The notes under the pieces: generated by a model
The model's input: the letters and a program-made list of their open reading frames with translations, nothing else
Told to the model about the DNA's origin: nothing
Database searches by the model: none
DNA from: Octopus sinensis
Lineage: Eukaryota
DNA length: 64,000 nt
NCBI RefSeq assembly: GCF_006345805.1
Contig: NC_043003.1
Span: forward strand, 78,926,001-78,990,000
Reading direction: 5' to 3'
In this document: one piece after another, positions 11,985 through 24,289 of the stretch
Layout: each line of letters starts with the position of its first letter
Position numbering within the stretch: the first letter of the stretch is position 1
Translations under genes and position numbers: made by a program

Positions 11985-12184
11985 CTTTATTTTAAGCAGC
12001 AGAAAATTCAACAAAATCTGTTACTCTGAGTCTCTCGTTGCCGTTCATCAGACAGTTTTTGCTAGAATGGAACCGATATATCAATTGATATATCGGTTCC
12101 ATTCTAGCAAAAACTGTCTGATGAACGGCAACGAGAAACTCAGAGTAACAGATTTTGTTGAATTTTCTGCTGCTTAAAATAAAG
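11985..12184. repeat. 200-bp near-perfect palindrome (100-bp arms, no spacer, 1 mismatch)
   Basis: Centre GATATATCAA|TTGATATATC at 12084/12085; the only mismatch is GAGTCTCTCG versus the reverse complement GAGTTTCTCG. Confidence 0.95.
12114..12151 (+). ncRNA. Minimal type-I hammerhead motif in the right palindrome arm (mirror copy 12018-12055 on - has GAGA instead of GAAA)
   Basis: CTGT CTGATGA A CG-GCAA-CG A GAA ACTC-A-GAGT A^ACAG: intact core, GNRA-capped stem II, quasi-palindromic stem III, GUA triplet. Confidence 0.7.
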
Positions 12185-12217
<33 letters not shown>

Positions 12218-12218
12218 G

Positions 12219-12315
<97 letters not shown>

Positions 12316-12489
12316 AATAGATAGATAGATAGATAGATAAAGATATAGATTTATATAGATATAGATAAAACTTACTTGGAATAGGATGCGTGCCGTTCGA
12401 TCATATAACAATATAAATAATATATAAATATATGCATATATACATACATATATGTACATACCTACATATATATGTATATATACCTGCAT

Positions 12490-12744
12490 ATATGGGTACA
12501 GGATATAAAAAAAAAACCTGGAACACAATGAGATACGAAAACATAAAAACAAAAACACAGAAACGAACTTTCTTTAAACAACGAAAAATAAAAAACACAG
12601 AAAAAAAAACAGAGTAGAAGACATACAACACAAGGAAAATTCCCCTACTTCAGTTGTCCCTGTTTCGCCTACTCCGCTTTTCGAAGGTAAGGACAAGACT
12701 TGAACTCTGTTTTTTTTTTCGTTGTTTAAAAAAAGTTCGTTTCT
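12490..12744. mobile_element. Short (TA)n-flanked element with inverted terminal duplication
   Basis: 12559-12615 is duplicated in inverted form, with a deletion, at 12704-12744; TA tracts lie on both sides. Confidence 0.5.
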
Positions 12745-12858
12745 ATATATACATATATATGTAGCGTATGTACATAGATGTATGTATATATGCATATATT
12801 TATATATCATTTACATTGTAATATATATATACATACATACATATATATATATATATAT

Positions 12859-12890
<32 letters not shown>

Positions 12891-12923
12891 ATATATATAG
12901 ATAGATATATAGATAGATAGATA

Positions 12924-12966
<43 letters not shown>

Positions 12967-13016
12967 TTCTGTCTATTATCCTTTTATTTGCTTCTGTCTT
13001 TAAACGGGTGGGGGGA

Positions 13017-13186
13017 CCATGCTGGACCACCGCCTTGTATTTTTAGCCGAATGAATCGACCCCAGTACTAATTTTTTTAAAGCCTAGTACTTACCCTATC
13101 GGTCTCTTTTTGCCGAACCGCTTTGTTACGGGAACGCAAACGAACCAGCACCGGTTGTCAAGCTGTGGTGGGGGAGACAAAAACAG
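13017..13186 (-). mobile_element. SINE A 3' half, decayed
   Basis: Matches family A body and tail on the minus strand. Confidence 0.75.
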
Positions 13187-13867
13187 GAACAAAGCAAATA
13201 ATGCTATAAATAATAGCATGTAAATAGTGAGTTTTAAAATAACCCTTTTGTTTATGTAAATGTCTGTGTGTCTGTATGTATGTATCTAACCTTCCATTTC
13301 TCAGTCTCCCTATTGGTAATCAATTTATCACAATTAGCGTATTTATGCGTAAAGATATCAAGTTAGTGAAATGTCCCCTCGACAGACGAGACTTTTCTCG
13401 CTTCTACCGCACCCGAATGACCTTTCACCTACAAATTCTATCATTATCGGTATTATTCACTGCGAATGCATGGAATGTTGCCAAGCACAAACTAGAATAG
13501 ATTCTTAAATTGTTAACCATCCTTTACAAACAGTAATGATGACTTCTCCCTTTGGCTCAAGGCCACAGCTATGTGCGGATGGCATATGTATAGGGATGTG
13601 GCATTTGAGTGTATGTATATACGTGTACACGAACACACACAGACACACACACACACACTCATATACACACATACATACACATTCATATATACACTATGTA
13701 TATACATACATACAAACACACACATATATGTATATATGTATATATATACACCTATAAGTACGTTGATGCAGACAGAAAAATAGAACTCAAGATATGAGTA
13801 TATGTATATTTTTATTAATATTTAGCAGAAGTCGTATACACACACATATATATATATGTCATATATG

Positions 13868-13916
<49 letters not shown>

Positions 13917-13996
13917 TATATATATATAAAAGAAATTTTGCGTAATAAGATAAAAAACCAAGGCTGTATAGATATTAGAGCATTTATAGACAGAAG

Positions 13997-14048
13997 GTCT
14001 TACAGCTGTTTCAAGGATATTTATTAATAATATCCCTTCATCGGAGAC
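13997..14048 (-). ncRNA. Family G hammerhead motif, second copy (U4C core change)
   Basis: GTCT CCGATGA AGGGATATT-ATTAATA-AATATCCTT GAA ACAGCTGT A^AGAC; element about 13925-14110, 3' end against (TA)n. Confidence 0.7.
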
Positions 14049-14246
14049 GGTGTGAGAGGAAAATTAAGTCATAGTTAGTTTAGATGTGATACAAAATAGA
14101 GAGTGAGGTGTAGGAAAGAAAATAGATGTAAGATATGTATGGGTATTGAAGTTGTAAATCCGTTTTATAGGCATAATGGTATGTATGTAATATTCCAATA
14201 TCCTTTGAGTAAAATCCAAAAGTTCAACAGAGTTTATAAATATATG

Positions 14247-14442
14247 TGTGGTAAGTAGCTTGCTAACCAACCACATGGTTCCGGGTTCAGTCCCACTGCG
14301 TGGCATCTTGGGCAAGTGTCTTCTGCTATAGCCCCGGACCGACCAATGCCTTGTGAGTGGATTTGGTAGACGGAAACTGAAAGAAACCTGTTGTATATAT
14401 GTATGTATATATATATATGTATGTATATATATATATGTATGT

Positions 14443-14478
<36 letters not shown>

Positions 14479-14525
14479 CTCTGTGTGTGTCTGTGTGTCT
14501 GTGTGTCTGTGTGTGTGTGTGTGTA
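14247..14525 (+). mobile_element. SINE A 5' half ending in expanded internal microsatellite
   Basis: Family A head plus (TA)/(TG) tract. Confidence 0.85.
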
Positions 14526-14786
14526 TTTGAAGAGAAGGTTTTTTTTCTCTCAAAGTGTTAAGAGTGACAAAATAACCTTTTTAGAAAGTCGAAAGACACT
14601 AACCTTTGAGAAGAGATTTCACAAAATGTGTGTAGGCTTTGCTTTTACAGATGTGCAAGCGCTTTCAGTTCTTAACGCTTTCGAGCACCGCGTCTTTCTA
14701 AAAAGGTTCTTTTCTCAATCTTAACTCTCTGAGAAAAAATATCTTCTCTCCAAATATTATAACTGTATCAAGGAATGTCCGAAACT

Positions 14787-14876
<90 letters not shown>

Positions 14877-15312
14877 TATATATTTATATATATATATGTG
14901 ATATATGCCCACATTCATACACACACACACATTCACGCACACAAGATATATGGAGATATATGGAGGCCCAGGCGTGGCTGTGTGGTAAGAATATTGCTTG
15001 AATATTTGTGGCTATCGTCACTGCATGTCGAAATCTTTTTTTTTAATGTTTAATGTATAATATGGATGTAATTTTTGACGCTGAATTCGAATTCGTTATT
15101 CATTTATTCCGGAATGATTTTGCAAAAATGTTACAAGTGTTCAAAGTTGGTATAATTTTCAGAATTTTGAGCCAATCAGAAAACAGCGCGCTCGCTGTCT
15201 CTTCCATCATCTGTCACAGCAGCGAGAAAGCGTGGGTTGGGGGTGCACCGGCATGTCAAAACATTTAACTAGCTACAGTAAAAAGCATTAAAAGATTCAT
15301 GTGGAAATTAAA

Positions 15313-15486
15313 TATTTAAAAGCTACGAGCAAACTATCAGGAGTTGCTAGAAATAACAGTGAAAACATTAAAATATACACGAGCAAAGTAAACAGTAAAA
15401 AACATTAAAACATTCGCGAGCAAATTGAATATTTAAAAGCTACGAACAAACCAACAGGAGTTGCTAGAAATAACAGTGAAAACATT
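15313..15486. repeat. Two about 56-bp direct subrepeats spaced about 117 bp, within an unclassified repeat (about 15030-15550)
   Basis: TATTTAAAAGCTACG.CAAAC...CAGGAGTTGCTAGAAATAACAGTGAAAACATT occurs twice. Confidence 0.7.
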
Positions 15487-16017
15487 GCTTAAAACAGACA
15501 TTTATTAGTTAAACTCAAGAACGAAAGTTTGCAATACACTCTAGAATTTTATAAAATAAATATTCTTTTTCATATCTCCTTTTCCACATAAATTCATAAA
15601 GATAAGAGTCAACCATGGAACGGTGTGTCCCACCCCGGCGTTTGATGGCACGCTTTAAAGATGCCTAGGTACTTTCAATTTGTTGATAAACCTCAATTCA
15701 GTGATTACACTCATTGTACGCATGCGCAACATCTTTGGTTCCCTATGGAAACAGAGTTCTTCACAATCACCTATGGAACACGTAGTGCTTCTTTGCTTAA
15801 TATGCTAACAGAACTTCATGATGATGTGTAAAATACTCGCTTCTGATTGGCTGAAATACCCAAATTTTTCAAATTTTAAAGACTAACTTTTTAACTATGA
15901 ATTTATAGGGAAAATGAATTTCATTTTCATAATTAACACACAAAACTTAATTCATATACCAAATTAGAAAACAATTGGAACAAAATTGTAGTCAGTGACG
16001 ATAATCACAAAGATCCG

Positions 16018-16151
16018 CTTGCTTCCAAAACACATGGCTTCGGGTTCAGTCCCACTGCATGGCACCTTTCGCAAGCGTCCTCTGCCATAGCCTTGGGGCA
16101 ACCAAAGCCTTGTGAGAAGATTGGTAGACGGAAACTGAAAGAAGCCCATCG

Positions 16152-16187
<36 letters not shown>

Positions 16188-16190
16188 CAT

Positions 16191-16224
<34 letters not shown>

Positions 16225-16384
16225 ATATATGTGTGTTGTGTGGTGTGTGTGTGTGTCTGTGTGTGTGTCTGTGTGTGTCTGTGTATATATATCTGTGTGT
16301 GTCGCCCTACCATCAATTGACAGCCAATGTTGGTGTGTTTAGGTTCCCGTACCATAGCAGTTCGGCAAAAGAGACCAATGGAAT
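16018..16384 (+). mobile_element. SINE A, decayed and truncated
   Basis: Family A head, internal microsatellite and part of the body. Confidence 0.8.
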
Positions 16385-16867
16385 CTTTCAATCACGGTAG
16401 TGGTTGAATATATTCTTAAGTCCACCATTTCGTCAATCGCAGCAGATTCCAAGCTTCATCACTAATTCAGTTCTCAACTAAATTGCAAACTGATAACAAT
16501 TTTAAAGAGGACACCTTCTCAGCTACACTTTGGGATAAATAGTTTGAGATTTTGTTCAGTAGAAAAAAGTTACATCAAAATATGTGAGGTCTAAAGGTGG
16601 GCAGTAAAACACGTATTCATCTTCAATTAATATAATTTTTTTTCTATTTGAAAATAAAAGTATACTTTTTCTTAGGCTTAAATGACAGAAAAATGCATGA
16701 GGAATTTTAATCGTTAGTCGCGTTCAACAAAAATTAGTAGAAAAGGAGCTATGAGGTGAAATGTCATGAAATTTAAAAGAAGTGAGACATGAAGTGAGGT
16801 AGTAACGCCCCAAACAAAAATGTTAAGATAAGAATATATTTCTAAAATGAAGGCACGTTCTCTAATC

Positions 16868-16980
16868 CGGCGAGCTGGCAGAAACACCGGTCGAAATGTT
16901 TTATGGTATTTCGTCTGTCTTTTCGTTCTGAGTTCAAATTCCACCAAGGTCGACTTTACCATTCATATATTTTATCCTTT
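16868..16980 (+). mobile_element. SINE B, decayed 5' part
   Basis: GGCGAGCTGGCAGAAAC...GAGTTCAAATTCC...GGTCGACTTT. Confidence 0.7.
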
Positions 16981-17798
16981 TAATTAAGTATTTAATAAAG
17001 TTATTTTTAATATGTTGTTGAATTAGCGTAAGTTTAATTTTAATTATTAAATTTTTCTTTCAGCTTTAATGAACTTGCTTTCTGCTTTTTTGCTTTTCCT
17101 TTTTAGCTGCTTTCCTTTTCTTTTTAGTTAATTATTTAATCGGTTCATTAATGTGTTATATGCTTCAGATATGTGCATCTAAATTTATTGGAGCCGGAAT
17201 ATAGTCATTTTTGGTTTTGTCTCTACGGGCAGACCTTAAGGCATGTAGTAAGGTTGTCCAGAAAAGGCATTGGTTAAAAGTGCTTATATTCTAAGTTTAC
17301 TTTTTAAATTTCAAAATTAATTAAAAGGGATTTTTCATAAATCAAATTATATTAATGGGATGTAGGTAATTTTAACTTGTGTATATCTGATATGCTTTTA
17401 TAATTACTGTTGCATTGAATAATTATTGATAGATCTAGATTAGCAACAGCCTGTGCTATTATCACCAACTCAAAATCTAGGTTACTTAAGGTGAGCCTGG
17501 TAACTGATGGCTTTGAGGTCTTGTCGTTTGTAACTTTTGGTGAACCATGGTGCAAGCAACAAGATGGTAAAAATCACTGCCATTAATTTGGTGTGGATGA
17601 GTAATGTCAAATAATTCAATCATATATATTTAGACTAAACATGAAGAAAATTGAAATATTATCATTGCTTACATGGAAAAATTGGAATATTATCTTTCAG
17701 TATTTTGTAAGTTAAAATCTTAAATTATTAATTGACACATTATTAATTATCTTATAATAGTAATGCCTGGAAAAATCATGGATTACATGGAAAAATGG

Positions 17799-18235
17799 GA
17801 GCATGAAAAGTAATATTCTTAAGATTATAAACCTGGAAAAGTACAGGACAAGCTATTACTTCTAGTAAAATAAAGAATAAGAAGTTTTTGTTAAAAATAT
17901 TGCAGCTAAAATTATAATTTGAATATTAAAAATTATTTTATTATAGTTTACGAATAACACTATACTTATCTAAGTAGAATTTGGCTAATTTACTTCCTTA
18001 AATACTGAAAAAAGTGACTAATTAGACAAACTTTCAAATTAGCTGAACAGTTTTGTACAGTGAATTTAAAAGATGAATTAGAAGAACTGGCATTCTTTGG
18101 TGTAATATTTTAAGTAAAAGTTTCTTATTCTTTACTTTACTAGAAGTAATAGCTTGTCCTATACTTTTACAGGTGTAATAACTTGTCCTGTACTTTTCCA
18201 GGTTTATAATCTTAAGAATATGACTTTTCATGCTC
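17799..18235. repeat. Inverted repeat, about 100-120-bp arms with about 200-bp AT-rich spacer (MITE-like)
   Basis: GAGCATGAAAAGT.ATATTCTTAAGATTATAAACCTGGAAAAGTACAGGACAAG... at 17799 and its reverse complement ending at 18235; the right arm carries a small tandem duplication. Confidence 0.75.
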
Positions 18236-18576
18236 AGGCTTACAAAAAATAAGTCATGAGGTCGATCAGTTCGACTAAAGGTGGTGCTCCAGCGCGGCCA
18301 GAGGTCAAATGACTGAATCAAATAAAAGAATTATATATATATATATATATAATATATATATATATATATTTCTGTGTCTGTGTTTGTCCCCCACCCCCAC
18401 CCCATCGCTTGACAACTGATGCTGGTGTGTTTACGTCCCCGTAATTTAGCGGTTCGGCAAAAGAGTCTGATAGAAGAAATACTAGGCTTATAAAGAATAA
18501 GTCCTGAGGTTGATTTGTTCGACTAAAGTCGGTACTCCAGCTTGGCTGCAATCAAATGACTGAAACAAATAAAAGA
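18236..18576 (+). mobile_element. Two consecutive SINE A 3' fragments
   Basis: Tail fragment 18236-18330, then microsatellite plus 3' half 18331-18576. Confidence 0.8.
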
Positions 18577-18597
18577 ATATATACATATATATTCATA

Positions 18598-18987
18598 CTA
18601 GCAGTATCGCCCGGCGTTGCTCGGGTTTGTAAGGGAAATAACTATACAGCATTTTTAGAGAGTTATAGCAAAAAATAGCAAAAAAATGCATTAAAAATGG
18701 AAAAAATATGATGGTAATTTTTTTTAAATCGTTGACTCATCATAGACATTTTTAGAGAGTTACTTCCCTTTAAAAAAAATGCATTAAAATGGGAAAAAAT
18801 GATGGTAAATTATTTTAAAAATCGTAGACTCATCGCAGACAAGCGCTAATACCCAGAAGGGCTCGATATGAATCACGACTATAAGATACCTGCTTTTGGT
18901 TAAACTGCACCGCAAAATGTGGGAGTAGTTAGGAATCTAAATCGAAGGGGACAGACACTCACACAACTACAGTTTTATATATAAAGA
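18598..18987 (-). mobile_element. Non-autonomous Helitron (390 bp)
   Basis: Minus strand starts with TC (18987), ends with hairpin CCCGA-GCAACG-CCGGG plus CTAG (18601-18598), and is inserted between A and T; internal tandem duplication of about 95 bp. Confidence 0.8.
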
Positions 18988-19536
18988 TATGTATGTTAGT
19001 TTGGTGGAGTCAGTCTTTTGCTGCTCAAAGTATTTTACCTGTAGGCACTCAGGATCTTTATGCAGGTTGTGACTAGAAAATAGACGCGTTTTATATGCAC
19101 GTTTTATATGTAGTTTTCCAGTCTTGAATATGATGGTGGAGAGGAAAACAGGAAGGAAGAAACTAAGAGGCAAAATAGAATAGTGAAAAAGGAAGGAGAG
19201 TAATAGAAAGAAAATGGGGAAAATATAGGGGAAGAAAATAAAGAAAAGGAGAAAGGAAAAAAGACAGAGGGGAAAGTAGAGAAAAGACAGTGAAAGAAAT
19301 GATAGTAAAAAAGAAAAAGAAAAAAGAAAAACAGAAAAGAATAGAAAAATGAAGGAAGAAAGTGAAAAAGAAAAATAAAAGGAACAGGTTTGTGAAGAAT
19401 ACAGTTTGGAATAGCAGATGAAGTATTCAAAGTGATGAATGAAAAATAAAAATAGCATGACAGTTAAAATGTCAAGGGTGTTAAATTAGAGAGATTGACA
19501 AAACAGCAAAGTGATAAACGAAATATAAAGGGTAAT

Positions 19537-19859
19537 GACCCCCTTCGGTCATGAATGACCATGGGATTGCATCTAGAAAGTTCCCCTCCAAGGCACAAGA
19601 CGGGCAAGTTGTTTATGGAAGACCAGCAGTCGCCCGTGCATACCAGCCTCTCCTCTCCACTCCACCGATGTTATCCAAGGGAAAGGCAAAGGCTGATTCA
19701 ACTTGGCACCAGTGATATCGCAACTCATTTCTGCAGCTGAGTGAACTGGGGCAACGAGAAATAAAGTGTCTTGCTCATGAGCAAAACACACAGCCTGGTC
19801 AGGAAATTGATCTCACTATCTCATGATTGTAAGCCCGATGCTGTAACCATTGAGCCATA
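19537..19859 (-). mobile_element. SINE family D
   Basis: tRNA-like head and CORE-like segment shared with family C, distinct 3' tail; homologous to 29445-29735. Confidence 0.85.
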
Positions 19860-19975
19860 TAGAATGATACGATGAATTTTTAGGGATAAATGAAAATTGA
19901 CAGGAGTGTGATCAGAGTATTGAAAATTACTGAAAACCATGATTATTAAAACAAAAGAAAATCACAATAGGCATA

Positions 19976-20386
19976 GGAATGGCTGTGTGGTAAGTAGCTT
20001 GCTTACCAACCACATGGTTCCGGGTTCAGTCCCACTGCATGGCACCTGGGAAAGTGTCTTCTACTGTAGCCTCGGGCCGACCAAAGCCTTGTGAGTGGAT
20101 TTGGTAGACGGAAACTGAAAGAAGCCCGTCTTATATATGTGTATATATATATATGTGTGTGTATGTGTGTGTATATGTTTGTGTGTCTGTGTTTGTCCCC
20201 CAACATCGCTTGACAACCGATGCTGGTGTGTTTACGTCCCTGTAACTTTACGGATCGGCATAAGACACCGATAGAATAAGTACTAGGCTTACAAAGAATA
20301 AGTCTTGGGATCGATTTGCTCGACTAAAGGCGGTGCTCCAGCATGGCCACAGTCACATGACTGAAACAAGTAAAAGAGTAAAAGAG
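19976..20386 (+). mobile_element. SINE A, full length
   Basis: Complete head, body and (TAAAAGAG)n tail. Confidence 0.92.
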
Positions 20387-20542
20387 CAATAAACAAGGTT
20401 GTTTTGGAGGAATGGTCATTAGTTCAAATGGGATAAAGTGGAATGAAAGGAAATGAATAAAATACGAGATTGAAGACAAAATGGAAGAATAATTTTTTCC
20501 AACTTTTTCCTCATAATGTTATTTATAAAAAAGAAAGAGTCT

Positions 20543-20744
20543 GGCACTCCGTCGGTTACGACGACGAGTGTTCCAGTTGATCTGATCAGCAGAATAGCGT
20601 GCTCGGTAAATTAATATGCAAGTGGTTGAGCACTCCACGGACATGCATGCTCTTAACATAATTCTCAGGGAGATTCAGAGTGACAAAGAATGCGACAAGG
20701 CTGGCCCTTTGAAATACAGGTATAAAACATTTTTGCCAGCTGAG
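20543..20744 (-). mobile_element. SINE 3' part with a third tail type (ends CGTAACCGACGGAGTGCCA)
   Basis: Shares CATTTTTGCCAGCTGAGT with family C, then diverges. Confidence 0.65.
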
Positions 20745-21023
20745 TCTATACATCCCTACCAATATTTCTGATTTTTGTTTTCTGTTTCTTTTACCATTTT
20801 GTCTTCATCCTTTTATTAACTTCAGTTTACTTTACTCCATTTGAACAAATGACCATTCCTCCAGAACAGTAGCTCAGTTCTTATGTACTTCTTGAGAAGT
20901 TCTAATTGTTAATTCTTACCTGCATTCACCTGATGAAAGCGGTTTTGTTTCCAAACCCCAAAGAATTCCTCTTAACATATGGTTATTGTTGTTGTTGTTG
21001 TTGTTGTTAGTATTATTATTATG

Positions 21024-21432
21024 AAGGCAGCGAGCTGGAAGAAACGTTAGCACGCCGGGCGAAATGCGTAACCGTATTTCGTCTGCCGTTACGTTCTGAG
21101 TTCAAATTCCGCCGAGGTCAACTTTGCCTTTCATCCTTTCGAGGTCGATTAAATAAGTACCAGTTACGCACTGGGGTCGATGTAATCGACTTAATCCCTT
21201 TGTCTGTCCTTGTTTGTTCTCTCTGTGTTTAGCCCCTGGTGGGTAGTAAAGAAATAGGTATTTCGTCTGTATTTACATTCCGAGTTCAAAGTCCGCTGAG
21301 GTCGACTTTGCCTTTCATCATTTCGAGCTTGAAAAATTAAGTGTCAGTTGCGTACTGAGGTCGATCTAATTGACTGGCCCCGTTCCTTTCAAATTTCAGG
21401 CCTTGTGCCTATAGTAGTAAGGATTATTATTA
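21024..21432 (+). mobile_element. SINE B, dimeric form with (ATT)n tail
   Basis: Head, GGTCGACTTTGCCTTTCATCCTTTCGGGGTCGAT central domain and tail 1, then a second partial unit with tail 2; same layout at 37175(-) and 62664(+). Confidence 0.88.
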
Positions 21433-23122
21433 TGCGAGAACGAGGCAGTACGGCAGAGTAGAGGTCTTTTTTAAGACTGAGGGGTCGGCGATATAGATCT
21501 CGGTGACCACGCGTCGCACCGAGGAAATCGCTCTCTTCATAACGTACATGGGAAGAAGGGCGGTACGAATTACGGTACCTGGTTTCCCACCAGGCCTGGA
21601 TTTATGGTGGATTCTCGCCTGTATTTGTACGGATGAGGGAGAGAATTTCCTGGACGAAGGAGAGAATTTCCTGGATATTCGAGGAGGGAGAACTGGGTTG
21701 AGACTACCTCGGAGATTCTTCTTTATGTGAAGCTAGAGCAGTATAAGTCTCAGATTTGATTTCCCTCTCGCAAAGAGTAGAACTAAGAGTGAACTTGGAG
21801 GGCAGAAGGCCGAGATGCCACGATTGCGGTTCAACGGGCCACTTACGGTTTTTCTGTCCACAGAACCAGAACAGAAGGGCAGAAAGAAATGTCCAAACGA
21901 AACCACCACAGCCCATGAGTCGACAAAAACAAGAACAACCTCAACAACAACAACAACAACAACAACAGAAAGGCAGGAGAAGAAAACAGAAATTGAATTC
22001 AATAAGACAAAGCAAGTAGGTGCTACAGTGAAGGTGGCAGTGGGAGTAGCACCAGCAGCAATGGTTGAAGCTACACTAACAGGAGTAACAACAACAGCAA
22101 CAACAAGAGAACCAGAACAAACAACACCAGAAGAAAACATACAAGATACAGACTTCTCCATGCATCCAAGTGACGATGGGGAAGGGGAGAGCCCAAAAGG
22201 CAAAAAAAAAACCCAAAAAAACAAGGAGGAGACAGAAAAAAGAGAGAAAACCAAGAAACGGCAAACACAGACACATTGATGACAGCACCATGATCACCAA
22301 TACCATCACAAACACCCACAACAGAATCAAAATGGGTCAACCATCTGTACTTGGAAGCTGTCCTCGAGGCGGCTAGTTTCGATCCCATTTTCAGCGGCTG
22401 GATCGCTGCAATGGACACTGACATCTGTTCGGTGGTCAAAGTAAATGGACACAGCTCGGAATCGTTTATTATCGCACGTTCGGTCCGTCAAGGATTCCCA
22501 CTCTCACCCCTTTTTTACGTACTGGCTCTCGAGCCATTGCAGTGGAAGTTGGAGGTTTCGAATGGCATCCCGCGTGAACTACGATGCGGAAGTCGGCGTA
22601 TGCGGACGATGGCAACGTGATGGTGTCGTCGTACATCTCGGAGATTGAGGTGGTCGGCACGACCCTAAGGGAATACGAAGCGGTGACAAGACCAATGATT
22701 AACGAAGAGAAGTTAGTGGGCCTGTAGCTCGGCACCTGGAGAGGCAGGCCTATGTCAACCAACAGCGCTGTGAGGCGCTGGACGTCGTCCCTTGCCCCAC
22801 TTCGTGACTGGACGGACTGGTGCGTTTTGCTTTTCCGCTTCCTGTAGAAGGGACAGGTACCGCTTGTCAGATGGTCCATTTGCTGTCAGCACTCTTTGCG
22901 TGGAGGACTGGGAATGTCGTGGTTGAGGATGCGCAGACATGCGCTGAGGCTGCGACATCTCCAGCGATACCTTAACGGTGATCGGGTGTGGTCACTATTT
23001 GCTGTACGCGCTTTCCCGCAGCTCGTCTCCTTGACGGAGCTATAGTTCTGGATCGTGGTAGGGCGCTTGACACCTATAGCGTGTCTCCAAGCACTCAAAG
23101 CCCTCGGCCAGTCGGGCAATAG
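21433..23122 (+). mobile_element. L1/Tx1-clade LINE remnant: ORF1 CCHC knuckle joined by a large deletion to the RT domain
   Basis: VNLEGRRPRCHDCGSTGHLRFFCP (CX2CX4HX4C); VNGHSSESFIIARSVRQGFPLSPLFYVLALEPL and SAYADD in the RT. Confidence 0.88.
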
Positions 23123-23180
<58 letters not shown>

Positions 23181-24289
23181 ATGGAGTTCAAGTATCACCG
23201 AGATAAACGTTTCCTTTTATCTCTTACGTGTCGAGAACTGAAATCAATATAATCCAGTACCCAGCCGCTAAAATTGTTGACCTTGTGCCAAAATTAGAAA
23301 TAATTAATATTATTATTATTATATTTTTATATGATATTGTATTGCATTACATTTCATTATGCAATTTTCAGCACTGTCATCATTAGCTTCCCACAAATAA
23401 TAACAAACACCAACCATATGATACTGAAATTATATCCTGAAAATAAAACAGATACCTAAAGCTGCAGTAACAGTAACACCTGCGCTCTACAAGAAGAAGA
23501 AGAAGAAGAAGAAGAAGAAGAAGAAGAAGAAGAAGAAGAAGAAGAAGAAGAAGAAGAAGAAGACGACGACGTGAACGATCACTGCTCAAAATATTGGAAG
23601 GAAGATCTTATCTAAACAAATTGTCAAAGTTGCGTGACCTACTTGTTAGGATGTTAAACTCGCTATAACCAGTGTGTTCGAATCCTGGATCGGATCGGAT
23701 CGGATAGCAGGTTGTGTCGTTGACCAAGGAACATTATTTCACATTACGCCACCTGTAAAAATCAGTACCACGCTGGAGAACCCCTTTTGCCCCACCCTCC
23801 AGCTACCACGTATCTTCGATGTTCGACTGAATCCTAGAGATGCCCGAGTATGTGTTTGTCTCTGCTCAGGATTACATACAGTCATGGCTAATGATTTTGG
23901 CAAACACAGTTATTTTGCTAATTCGTGTGAAATATCATGTGAAGGTTAATGATTTAATATTATTTTAACAGGTTATCTGTTATCCAATAAAATTTGAAAA
24001 AAAAAACTGTTGAAAACCAATAGATATTGCAAATAATTAGTTTGCGGAATTGGTGATAATTCCTACAAATGAAAATCACATTCTTCTTCATGAGTTCAGG
24101 TTGGAATCGAATGCAAACTAATAATTAATAACCAGAACAGTAAGTATATTTATGTATGATGTCATGAGCCTTTTATGATTGATTTTTAATTAATGAATGT
24201 TCTTTTTCTGACAACAACTTTTTTTTATTGCAGGGTTGGTATTGGCAGAAAAAAAAAACGTCAATCAATAATTTCTTAGCACCAAAATG

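Noticed and set aside
14110-14235. Possible GIY-YIG C-terminus upstream of the family G hammerhead
   Set aside because: QRILEYYI is only weakly similar; the position fits but the sequence evidence is insufficient.
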